Source of the DNA: Elusimicrobiota bacterium
GTDB lineage: Bacteria > Elusimicrobiota > Elusimicrobia > UBA1565
NCBI GenBank assembly: GCA_043819795.1
Contig: JBDREN010000050.1
Location: 1-18,604 of the forward strand
Length of the DNA stretch: 18,604 nucleotides
Direction: 5' to 3'
The notes under the pieces were generated by a model. The model did not search any database. It was not told the DNA's origin and saw nothing but the letters and a program-made list of their open reading frames with translations. Below are positions 5,727 to 17,700 of the stretch, piece after piece; position 1 is the first letter of the stretch; each line of letters starts with the position of its first letter. The translations under genes were made by a program, and so were the position numbers.

Positions 5727-8700
5727 TTACCGGACCACGGCGAACTTGCCGGCTTTCCTGATGGAAGCCTCCCCGGATTTCTCCGCCACGATGGTGTAGA
5801 GGTAGACCCCGCTCGGGATCCGGCCGTCCCACACGTACTCGTAGGCGTACTTGGGCCCGCTCCCGTCGTCGATCACGGGCGGCGCGCCCTCGAGCGTCGC
5901 CTGGTGCACCTGCTGGCCCGCCACGTTGTAGACCCGGAGCGTCACCTTGTCCGCGATCCCCACCGCCGCGTGGATCACGGGCCGCGCCCCGTCCACCGCC
6001 GGGTTCGGGAACACGTAGACGTCGCGAAGCGCGAACGTCGGGTCGGCGCCCTCCGCCGCCGGCCCGGCCGAGGCCGCCTTGCCGCCCTTGCCCGTCTCTT
6101 CGCTCGGCTCCGCCGCGTACGCCTCGGGCGCCGTGTCGGAGAGCGCGATGCCGCTCCCGCTCATCGTCAGGTGGCCCGTGAAGGGCCGGCCGCCGTACTG
6201 GGCGCTCCCCGAGAAGTTCGTGGTGGCGTCCGGAGCGTAGACGAGCGCCGCCAGGCGCGCGTGCCCCTTCAGGTCGATGTCGGTCTCCTGGTTATTGAAG
6301 ATCGTCAGCGAGTCCGGAGTCTCCGCGCCCGCGTTCACGCTCGAGGCGTTGATGTCTATCGGGCCTTCCACCAATATCCCCACCTTGCCCTCGATCGTCA
6401 GCTCCGCGCCGCCGCTCAACTTGATGCCCGCCAGCAGGTAGTCGCCCGCAGGCAGGCTCAGGCTGGCCTGCCCGTTCATCACCAGATCGCCCTTGCTGTT
6501 GAGGAACGCCGCGATCGGGTTCTCCGGGTCCTCGGCCAAGTTATGCTGCTCCACGTACGCCTTGACGGCCACTAGGTCGAACGGCGCGGGATTAAGCGGA
6601 TCTTCCTCTTCCGTCTGGCTGCCCGTGATCGTGCTGTTCTTGTTGAGCGTTATCGTCGGCGCGATCACGTTCCCGTCGACCACCACGCTCCCCTTGAGCG
6701 TCATCGGCCCGTTGGACGCCAGGTCGCCCGTCAAGTCGACCGTTCCCAACAGGACGATCGACTTCTTCTTGCCAGCGCCCGCGGTCGCACTGCGGTCCAT
6801 GATCTTGCCCACGTTGAACAGCATCGACTCCTCGACCTCGACGTTGTTCACCTTGTCCACGCTCCAGTAGGTTACGGTACGCACGCCTTCCTGCAGCGTG
6901 AACGGAGCCTGATACAGGACCTCGGCGCCGTCGTCGATCCGGTACCGGATATCCTTGACTCCCGAGGCCACGCCCGCCGACTCGATATCGAAGGCCGTCA
7001 GCGTCAGCTCCGTATTGGGGCTGATGTAAGCCTGGTCGAACTCGTACTTCACCGGGTTGCCCACGTCCAGCGCGCACGAGGACGCGGTGTGGTCCACTCC
7101 GATCGTGATGGACTTGCGCCCCTCTTCGTTGCCGCGCATGTCCACACTGAAGTACTCCAGCCGGTGCGGCCCCTCCTCCGCCAGGCTGAAGGCCGCGGTA
7201 TGCAGCGTGAACGTCGAGTTCGTCCCGTCGATGGTCAGGTCCCTGCGGAACGTCCACTGCACGCCGGAGATGTCCTCGACCACGGCGTCGGTCGCGCTCA
7301 GCGCGTTCATCGCGTCCTGGCCAAGGAACACCGCGGCCTCGGCCGGACCCCCCCCGTCCGTGCTCACGTCCCCGCTGTGCGAGAGCACAGTCTCGGGCGC
7401 CTCCACGTCCGCCTTCACCTGGAAGCCGTCAGAGCCCGACCCACCGTCGTTGTCCGTCACCGTGGCGAGCAGCGTGTAGACCCCGCTGGCCGCGTAGTGG
7501 TGCTCGGCCGAGATCGTGCCGGCGTCCACGGGCACGTCCTCCGGCTCCGCCGGCGGAGGCTCCCCCCAGTCGATCGTCGCCGTGTGCGTGTCCAAGGCGC
7601 CCAGGTCGCTGGAGGTGATCGCCGGCACCACGATGGGCGCGTCCGGCCCGATCGGCAGCGAGATAAGTCCGCCATCGCCCCAGGCATCCATCCTCCGAAC
7701 CGCGATCATACCGCCTATCCGCAACAGCCCGTTAGCTCCCGCGACCTGCTCACCGCCGGCGGTCACGACCGGAGGCTCGTTGAGCACCGTCACCGTCAAC
7801 GGATCGGAGGCGCCGTGCCCCGCGTGGTCGGTCGCGCTCACGATCGCCTCATAGACGCCGTTGTCGGCGTAGGCGTGGCTCGGCGTGAGGTCCTGGCCGG
7901 CCGTTCCCCCGTCTCCGAAGGTCCAGCCGAAGACCACCCGTTCGTCCAGGTTGTCGCTCACGCTGGCCGAGAAGCCCAGCTCCGCGCCCTCCGCCACGGT
8001 CACGTCCGAACCCGCGTCCACCACCGGCGCGGTCTTATCCAGGTTGACCGCCACCGTCAGGCTGCCCTCGTTCCCCACGTTATCCGCGGCGCGGCCCGTG
8101 TAGAGTTCCACCGCGCCTTCCAGGATCGCGTCCGTCGGGCCGTCGAGCGAGGCCACGCCCGAGCCCGTGCCGTCCTCCGCGGACCAGACGATCTGGAAGT
8201 CCGCCGCGAACCACTCCTCGTTCTTGGGCGGCCGCACCACCGGCGCCGCGCTGAACTCATGGCTCACGATCGGCGCCTTGTTGTCGATCCGCAGGCTCAT
8301 CGCCTCGCCCGTCTCCGGATTGCCCAAAGTATCCTCGGCCTCGGCCACGAGACTCAGCTGAGCGCCGTCCGCATCGTCCAGCGTGAAGCCGTTCTCGAAG
8401 CTCTCGCCGATCGCCGGGCTCGGATTCTCCCAGCTGAAGCGCTGGCTGCCGCCCACCTTCACCGCCTGCAGTCCGACGCCCAGCCCGTCCTCGTCGCCCA
8501 CGTCCACCAGGTCGTCGATCGAGGAGGCGGTCAACGTCGTGGCGCCCGTCACGTAGATGAGCGCGGGCTCCGGCTCGGAGGCGTCCGGATACCTGGGCTC
8601 GGCCACCGCCACGCTGGTGCGCGGGGGCCTGATGTCATGGATAACCTCGAAACTGACGCCGATCGCGGAGTTCGAGTTGTCGGCCCGGTCGGTGGCCGCC

Positions 8701-11700
8701 ACGCTCAGCTGCCATGTGCCGGCGGTGAGGGCCAAAGGATCCGGGATGACATCGCCGTCGTTGACCGCGATCGGGCCGCCGTTCTTGCCGGAGGCGCCGC
8801 TGCCCGCGTGCAGGAGCGTGAGAGTCCCCGTGATCGCGGGATCCGGGTCAAGGTCGGCGACGGAGAAGTCGATCACGATGGGGTCGCGCGTGGCCACGTA
8901 CTGGCCACCCGAAGGCTTGCTGATCGCGACCTGAGGATCGCTCTTGTCGATGTTCACCGCGGGCGATGTGAACACCGCCGAATTCCCGGCCGCGTCGGTC
9001 GCCGTCACCTCGCCGCTCACGGCCTCGCCCTCGTCGCTAAGCATTAGCGGGCTCACGATGGACGTGGAGGCCAGGCCGGAGAGGCTGTCGTCCGCCGTGA
9101 AGGCGAACGACACGTCCGCATTGTTCCAGCCCGCGCCGTTGGCGACTGGAACCTGCGCCGCATACTCGAGCGTCGGAGCGGTCTTATCAATCTTCACCGC
9201 GATCGAGGTAAAGGTGGCCGAGTTTCCGGCCGCGTCGGCTACCGTCACGTCGCCCGTCACCGCCGCGCCCTCTTCGCTCAGGACCAGCGGGCTCTCGACG
9301 GAGGTCGAGGCCACGCCGGACAGAGCGTCGTCCGCCGTGAAGGCGAACGCGACGTCCGTGTTGTTCCAGCCCGCGCCGTTGGCCGCCGGGCTCTGGGCCG
9401 CGAAACTGAGGCCCGGATCGGTCTTATCGATCTTGACCGCAGGCGAGGCGAAGGTGGCCGAGTTCCCGGCCGCGTCGGTGACCGTCACGTCGCCTGCCAC
9501 CGCCGCGCCCTCCTCGCTCAGGACCAGCGGGCTCTCGATGGAGGTCGAGGCCACGCCGGACAGAGCGTCGCCCGCCGCGAAGGAGAAGGACACGTCCGTA
9601 TTATTCCAGCCCGCGCCGTTGGCGACTGGGACCTGCGCCGCGTACTCGAGCGTCGGAGCGGTCTTATCGATCTTGACCGCGGTCGAGGTAAAGGTGGCCG
9701 AGTTTCCGGCCGCGTCGGCTACCGTCACGCCGCCTGCCACCGCCGCGCCCTCCTCGCTCAGGACCAGCGGGCTCTCGACGGAGGTCGAGGCCACGCCGGA
9801 CAGAGCGTCGTCCGCCGTGAAGGCGAACGCGACGTCCGTGCTGTTCCAGCCCGCGCCGTTGGCCGCCGGGCCCTGGGCCGCGAAACTAAGGCCCGGATCG
9901 GTCTTGTCGATCTTGACCGCAGGCGAGGCGAAGGTGGCCGAGTTTCCGGCCGCGTCGGTGACCGTCACGTCGCCTGTCACCGCCGCGCCCTCGTCGCTCA
10001 GGACCAGCGGGCTCTCGATGGAGGTCGAGGCCACGCCCGACAGGGCGTCGTCCGCCGTGAAGGAGAAGGACACGTCCGTATTATTCCAGCCCGCGCCGTT
10101 GGCGACTGGGACCTGCGCCGCGTACTCGAGCGTCGGAGCGGTCTTATCGATCTTCACCGCGGGCGGCGCGAACGCCGCCGAGTTGCCGGCAGCGTCGGTC
10201 ACCGTCACCTCGCCGATCACAGCCCCGCCTTCGTCGCTCAGGACCAGCGGGCTCTCAATAGACGTCGAAGCCACCCCGGAGAGGCCGTCGTCCGCCGTGA
10301 AGGCGAACGACACGTCCGCATTGTTCCAGCCCGCGCCGTTGGCGACTGGAACCTGCGCCGCGTACTCGAACGTCGGCATGGTCCGGTCGATCTTGATCCC
10401 GCCCAGCGTCGCCGAAGCGCTGTTCCCGGCAAGGTCGGTGACCTCGCCCGAAGCCCTCAGGTCCGCGCCCTCTCCCTCCACGGCCGCGGCCGCGGGGCAA
10501 GCGTCCTCGGCCAGGCCCGAGCCGTCGTCCGAGCACTCGAAGCTCACCGCGACGTCCGCGTTGCTCCAGCCCTCCTGGCCCGTGGCCGCGGAGCGCGAGG
10601 CCGTGATGGTCGGAGCCGTCCGGTCGATCTTGATGGCGCCCAGCGTCGCCGAAGCGCTGTTCCCGGCAAGGTCGGTGACCTCGCCAGAAGCGCTCAGGTC
10701 CGCGCCCTCGCCCTCCACGGTCGCGGCCTCCGGGCAGGCGCCCTCGGCCAAGCCCGAGTCCTCGTCCGAGCACTCGAAGCTCACCTCAACGTCCGCGTTG
10801 CTCCACCCGTCCTGCCCCGTGGCCGCGGAACGCGAGGCCGTGATGGCCGGAGCCGTCCGGTCGATCTTGATGGCGCCCAGCGTCGCCGAAGCGCTGTTCC
10901 CGGCAAGGTCGGTGACCTCGCCCGAAGCGCTCAGGTCCGCGCCCTCGCCCTCCACGGTCGCGGCCTCCGGGCAGGCGCCCTCGGCCAAGCCCGAACCCTC
11001 GTCCGAGCACTCGAAACTCACCTCAACGTCCGCGTTGCTCCACCCGTCCTGCCCCGTGGCCGCGGAGCTCGAGGCCGTGATGACGGGCGGCGTGGTGTCC
11101 ACCCGGAAACCGGCCGAGGCCGCGCCCTTGTTGCCCGTCCTATCAGCCATCTCGAAAGCGGCGGAGTGCTCCCCATCAGCCATCTCATAGGTAGTCTCGG
11201 GCGTGGGCTCGCCCTCGATGCGCAGCCCGTCCTCGCCCGATCCGAAAAGCAGCGTCATGCTTCCCTCGCTTTCCGCCAAGACGAAGTAATCGCGCGGGCC
11301 GCCGTCCAGGCCGGCCGCCAGCGTCGCCGGATCCGCTCCCGAGCCCGTATCGCCGTAGGTCAGAGTGAACCGCGGGCTCTTGATGTTCTGAAGCTCCCCG
11401 CCCTCTACGGACGCGGCCAGCTCAGGCGAGGTGCCGTCCGCGGCGAAGAGCCCGAAGATCGAGGCGATCTCCGTCAGCTCGGCCGACAGGCAGCCGTTCT
11501 CCTCGTTGAGGGTCGCGCTCAACGCCTCCCACCCAGGCTCAACGTAATGATTTAGGGAGACATCGCCCGCGGCGATCCCGTTATCCGCCAGCACCTGCGG
11601 GTCGTAGCAGATGGTCAGGGTACCCGGGGGATCGAGCGGACCCTCCGGCCCCACGTCATAGATGTTCCCCACCGGGAACAGGTCTTGGTCATAGCCCGCA

Positions 11701-14700
11701 GCCAGCAGGTAGGCGCCCTCGGTGGAAGTATCGACCGTCGAGAGGGTGACCTCCAACGCGGCGGCAAGGCTCAGCTCCGGGTTGCCGTTGACTTGGCCGG
11801 CGCTTTCAAAGGTGCCCATCGCATGGATCAACGTCGTGTCCGACCCTTCCTCTTGCTCGTCGCCGGCGGTCAGCTCGGCGGTATAGGTATCGGCCTTTGC
11901 GGGCGTGAAGCTGGGCGTGAGGGTTTCGGGGTCGTCCACGCTCACAGGGTCGCCCGCGGAGTCCGTGACTGTCCAACCGTAGCTCAGCGTGTCCTCGGGA
12001 TCCTCGTCGCTGGCCGTGCCGCTCAGGGTCACGAGGTCGCCGACATTGACCGTTTGGGAGGGCCCGGCGTCCGCCACCGGAGCGCTGTTGGCCGGCCGCA
12101 CCCAGTACAGGACTCTCTGGTGGCCCCATACCGCGGCGGCCATGTTCCCTAGGCGATCGAACGCGATCCCGTGGGGCTGGTCCATCCACATATGGCTGTT
12201 GCCGGTCCACCACGCGGGGGTCGTCGTGAAGTCCACCTGGCCCTCCACGGTGGAGGCCTCCATGCCCGTGCTGAACGGTGGCTTGAACTCGAGTATCCGG
12301 GCGTTCCCGGACGCGATGGTCCACAGGCTGCCGTCCTGAGAGAACGCCAGGTCTCTCGGGTCGCCGAGCTTGGACGCCGTCGCCGCTCCCGTGTTGGACG
12401 TAAAGTCCGTCTGCCCGATCACCATGTCCGCGCTCATCCCGCTCGCGAACGGCGGCGAGAAGCGCAGGACCCGATTGTTCCGCCACTCCGCGACCCACAG
12501 GTTGCCGGAGGGGCCCACCGCCACGGCGGACGGACCGTGGAGCTTGTCGGCCGCGATGCCGTCCCCGTTCAAGCCGAAGTCCGTCTGGCCGATCACCAGG
12601 TCCGCGCTCATCCCGTTCTCGAACGGCGGGCTGAACCGGAGCACGCGGTTGTTGTAGGTGTCCGCCAGCCAGAGCCTGCCGTCGGCGTCCAAAGTCAAGT
12701 CCCAAGGGGCGTTCACTTGGCCGGCCCCCGCTCCCGCGGTGCGCGCCTTGAAGTCGGGCTGGCCGATCACCAGTTCCGCGTCCATCCCGTTGCTGAACGG
12801 CGGCGTGAAGCGCAGGAGGCGGTGGTTGCCCTGGTCGATCACCCACAGCCTGCCCGTGGAATCGAACCAGGTCCCGTTGGGCCCCCAGAACTCGTCCGGC
12901 TCGCCGTACCCGTAATGGGAGTCCTCGAAGTTCTCCTGGCCCAGGACCAGCGTGGGCTCATCCCCGATGGAGAACGGCTGCTCGAAGCGCACGACGCGGT
13001 TCATCCCCGAGTCGGTCAGCCAGAGGTCGCCGGAGCCGTCGAACAGGACCTTCTCCGGCCTCGAGGTGATGTTCCCGTAGGTGTCGAAGTCCGGCTGGAG
13101 CAGCACGACCTCCGCGTCCGCCCCGTTCTGGAAGACCCCGTCCGTGAGAGCCGGAGGAGCCACGACGGTCACATCCACGGTATCCTGGACCGTTCCGCCC
13201 ACCCGGTCGTCGGAGACGGTCACCCGCACAGTGTAGGACCCGATCGCGTCGGCCAGGAAGGCGGCGGCGGTCTCGCCCGCGCGGTGATGGATCACGGGGT
13301 CGCTGCCCGCCGGCTTGGAGACGAACTCCCAGAAGTAGGCCAGGACATCGCCGTCCGCGTCGCCGCTCCCGGCCGCGTCAACGACCGCCAGCTCGCCTTG
13401 GTCCACGGTCTGGTCCGCGCCCGCGTCGGCCACGGGAGCGGTGTTCGGTGTCAGGGTCCGCGCGCCGCCCAGCTCCACGTAGGCGGTCTCGGCTCCCGGC
13501 TGGTTTCTGGCCTTGACCCGGGCGTAATAGACCGTCTCCTGCTGCAGCCCGGTGAACCGATGGCCGGTGGACGCCACCAAGCCGCTCTCCATCGGCGTAC
13601 CGCCGAACCCGGGGTCCGCGGAGAGCTGCGCCGAGTACTGCGCGCCCGCGGGATTCCCCGCCGGCGACCAGCTCACGGCGAGGGCGTTCGTGTCGAAGCC
13701 GCTGAAGCTCCCGGGAGCCCCGGCGAAGGAGATAACGCGCTTGTTGCCGTTGTCCGCCGCCCACAGGCTTCCTTTATGGAAGGCGAGCCCGCGAGGGTAG
13801 TACAGCCTGTCAGGGCCGAGCCCGGAACCGCTCCCCGTGAAGGTCTCCTGGCCGAGCACGGACGTGGACGGCATGCCGTTGGAGAACGGCGGCGCGAAGA
13901 TCGCGATCAGGTGGTAGTACATGTTGCTCACGTACACGTTGCCGGCAGGGTCGACGGCCAGCCCGTTCGGATATCGCATCGAGGTCTGCGACGTGCCGTA
14001 GTCCCTCGTGACGAAGTCGGGGTTCCCGAGGACCAGGTCGGCGCTCATCCCGTCCTGGAAAGGCGGGGTGAACCGCAGAACCCTGAAGTTCTCGGTGTCC
14101 GCCACCCACACGTTCCCGAGGCCGTCCGCCTCCACATCCTGCGGGAGGTTCAACGTATTCGCCGCGGTTCCGGGCGAGCCGGTCTGGCCCAGGATCGCGG
14201 TGGCGTCCATCCCGTTCTGGAAGGGCGGGCTGAACATGAGCACCCGATGGTTCTCCGTGTCGGCCACGAACAGGTTGCCCGTGGCGTCGAAAGAGACCCC
14301 GGTGGGGTACCTCATCCTGTTGCGGCCCGCGCCGCTGCCCGGGTCCGTGAAGTTGGCCTGACCGAGCACCAGGTCGGCCGTCATCCCGGTAGTGAAGGGC
14401 GGGCTGAACCGGACGACCCTATGGTTGCGGTAGTCCGCGACCCACAGGTTGCCGGAGGCGTCGACCGCGAGCCCGTGCGGCTGCTTCAGCGTATCCTGAG
14501 CGGTGGTGGGCCATGAGCCCGACGTGAAATCGCCCTGCCCCAACACCAGGCTCGCGGGCCGCAGGCCGTCGAGCGGGGGCTCGAACATGAGGACGCGATG
14601 ATGGTCGATCTCCGAGACCCACAGGTTGCCCGAGGCGTCCAAAGCCACGCCGGCGGGGTAGCGCAGGCTGGTCTGGCTCGGGCCGAACTCGACGTTCGAG

Positions 14701-17700
14701 TTCGCATCGGCCTGGCCCAACACGGCCTGCGCGTCCTGGCCGATCTCGAAGCTGTAGAGCCGCGCGGGGACGACCGGCGGGGTGTGCGCGCTCGCCGCGC
14801 TCGAGAAACCGCTGGAGCCCTGGTCGTTCGATGCCTTGACCCGGACGTGGTACAGGGTACTCGGCGTAAGCCCGGCCGCCGCGAGATGGTTCACCGCCGT
14901 GACGTAGGAGATCACGCCGCTCGAGAAGCCGGCCGACGGCGAAGCCTCGATGGTGTAGGTCTCCGCGCCGGGCGAGGTGTCCCATCGGACGTCGAGCGAC
15001 GTGGCGGAGAGGCCCGTGATCTGAAATCCCGTGGGCGTGCCCGGAGCCTGCTCGTACACGGTGATCGCGAACGTCCGCGAGAAGATGTTGTCCTCGGGCT
15101 GGCCGTCGTCGGCCGTGACCGTGATCGTCACGGTGCCGCTCCGGCCCGCGGCGGGCTGATAGGTCAACGTGCGAAAGCCGTCCGTTCCCGTGATGGCCGG
15201 GTCCGGGACGATCCCGGAGTCGCTCGAGACCGCGCTCATGGAGACCGGCTCGAACTCGTTGGGCCCGGCCGAGATCCCGGCGACCGTGATCGTCTCCTCC
15301 GGGCAGTCGCTGTCGCACTTGGCCACCGCCTGGTCCGCGATCTCGTCAAAGGAAGGGGGGTCGTTGACGGGCTCGACCCGGACGGCCGCGTAGGCGACCG
15401 GCGAGCTCAGGCCGCCCTCCACGGTCCGGAAGAGCACATGGTCGAATCCGAAGAAGCCGGCGTCCGGCGTGTACGTGAGCGACGGCGCGGTCCCGGCGAG
15501 CGCGCCGTTGGCCGGCTCGGCGACGATTTCGAAGCCCATACCCCCGCTTCCGCCGGAGGTCCCGGTTAGCGTGATCGAGACCGGGGTCCGCTCCGGGGTC
15601 GTCACGCTCTGGTTGTCCGCCGTCGGCGACGCGAAGGGTCCGAACACGTCGATACGCTGATTGCCGTTGTCCGCCACGTAGACCCTGCCGTTCCCATCGG
15701 CGGCCACATCGTACAGGTTCCCAAAATCCCTGTTCCATGTGGTCAGGAACTCCCCCGAGGAGCTGAACTTCTGGACGCGGCGCCCGTTGATCTCGGACAC
15801 GTAAACATTGCCGGAGGGATCCACTCCGATGCCGATGGGATAGCTGAACGACCCGCTGAAGCTTCCCCACTTCGTGATGAAGTTTCCGTCGGAGTCGAAC
15901 TTCTGGACGCGGTTGCCGCCGCCGCCCTGGTGGCTCTCAAGAGTGTAGACGTTACCGGCGGCGTCCACGCCGATGTCCTCCATGCCGTTGAACTGCCCGT
16001 CTCCCGAGCCGGCGCTGCCCCAATGGGTCACATACGTCCCGTCAACGGTGAGTTTCTGCACGCGCCTGTTGCCGGCGTCCGCCACGTAGATGTACTGATC
16101 GGCCGCGTCCGGCGCCACGCCCACGAGCCCGTTGAACTGTCCCGGCGCGGAGCCGGCGATCCCTGCGATGACTCCCAGGTCGTTCCCTTCGGAGTCGTAC
16201 CTCTTAATGTTCTGCGCGTCCCCGGTCACATACACCTTCCCGGACGGAGACACCCCGATGCAGTTGACGCCGCCGCTGTCCCACTCCTTAAGGAAGTCAC
16301 CCTCCGCATTGAACTTGGCGATGCGGTAGCCGATGGAGCTGTTCCCGGAATACTTGTTCACATAGACGTTGCCCGCGGCGTCCGCGGCCAAGGTCCTGAT
16401 GGAACCGATCGCGCCGCCCGAGCCCAGAGCCTCCCAAAGGAAGGCGCCCTCCGAGGTGAACTTGGACAGGCTGGTCTTCGGCCAGCCTGAGTCCAATACA
16501 GCGACGAAGCCGGAGTCATTCACGGCCATCGCCGCGGGATAGTCGAACTGGCCCTCTCCGGCGCCGAGCTCGCCCCACTCCGCCAGCAGATGCCCGACCG
16601 AATCGTACTTCCGGACGCGGTTGTTGCCGGAGTCCAGCGCGTAGACCATTCCCATGGCATCGACATCCACGCGGCCGGCCGTCGCCGTCCACTTGGCGAT
16701 GAAGTTCCCGTCGGAGTCGAGCCTCTGGATGCGGTTGTTCCCGCCGTCGGCCACGTAGGCGTTGCCCGAAGCGTCTATCACGACGTCCGACGGGCTGGAG
16801 AACTCGCCGTCGGCCGAGCCGGCCCGGTATCCGGAGCTCCCGCCGCCCCATTTCGCGACGAAGCACACGCCCGTCCTCACCGCCGTGGTGCCGGCCGGAC
16901 AGGGATTGGCCAGGACGAACTTCTGAATGCGATGGTTGGCGACGTCGGCGACGTACACGTTGTCCTCGGAGTCCAGGGCGATCCCGATCGGGTCGCGGAA
17001 CAGGCCGTCGGCGGTCCCGGAGTTGCCCCACCACGCCAGGAGCGCGCCCGTGGGACTGAACTTGCGCACCCGCTCGTCGCCTCTGTCCGTCACGTAGATG
17101 TTCCCCGCGGAATCCACGGCGATGCCGCGCCGGTCGTTATTGCCCTCGCCGAAGCTCCTGACCGTGTTCCCGTCGGAATCGATCTCCACGATCTTATAGT
17201 CCCGGTCCACGATGTAGTAGTTGCCCGAAGGGGCTACCGTCACGTCGTGGGGATACGAGAGCTTGGACACGTGCTCAGGGATGTGGAAGAGGAACTCGGG
17301 CGCCGGTTCCAGCGGCCGGACGAGGATGCTCACCGTGGCGACAGCGGATTCCGCGGCGCCGTCGTTCACCTTGAACGTGAAGCTGTCCTGTCCCGTATAG
17401 TCCGTGTCGGGCGTATAGGTCAGGTTCGGGATCGTGCCGGTGAGGGTCCCGCGCGAAGGCTGCGCGACCATGATGAAGGTCAGGTCCGCGCCTTCCAGGT
17501 CCGCGCCAGTCAGGGTTATCGCCCTCGGGATGTTGATCCGCAGAGACACGGACTGGTCGTCCGCCGTGGGCCTCGCGTTCGGGCTGGCGCTCACGACGGC
17601 CGTGTCCGAGGAGTCCAGCCTTCCGTCGCTGACCGTCAGCTGGATCGTGTAGTCTCCGGGCACGTCGGGGATGAACTGCGCCTTGTTGCCCGGAGGAGAG

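Noticed and set aside
5472..6575. ORFs 5472-6575 (+), 5485-5799 (+) and 5629-5832 (-)
   Set aside because: They span the terminator and overlap the giant gene's 3' end, with no domain signal.
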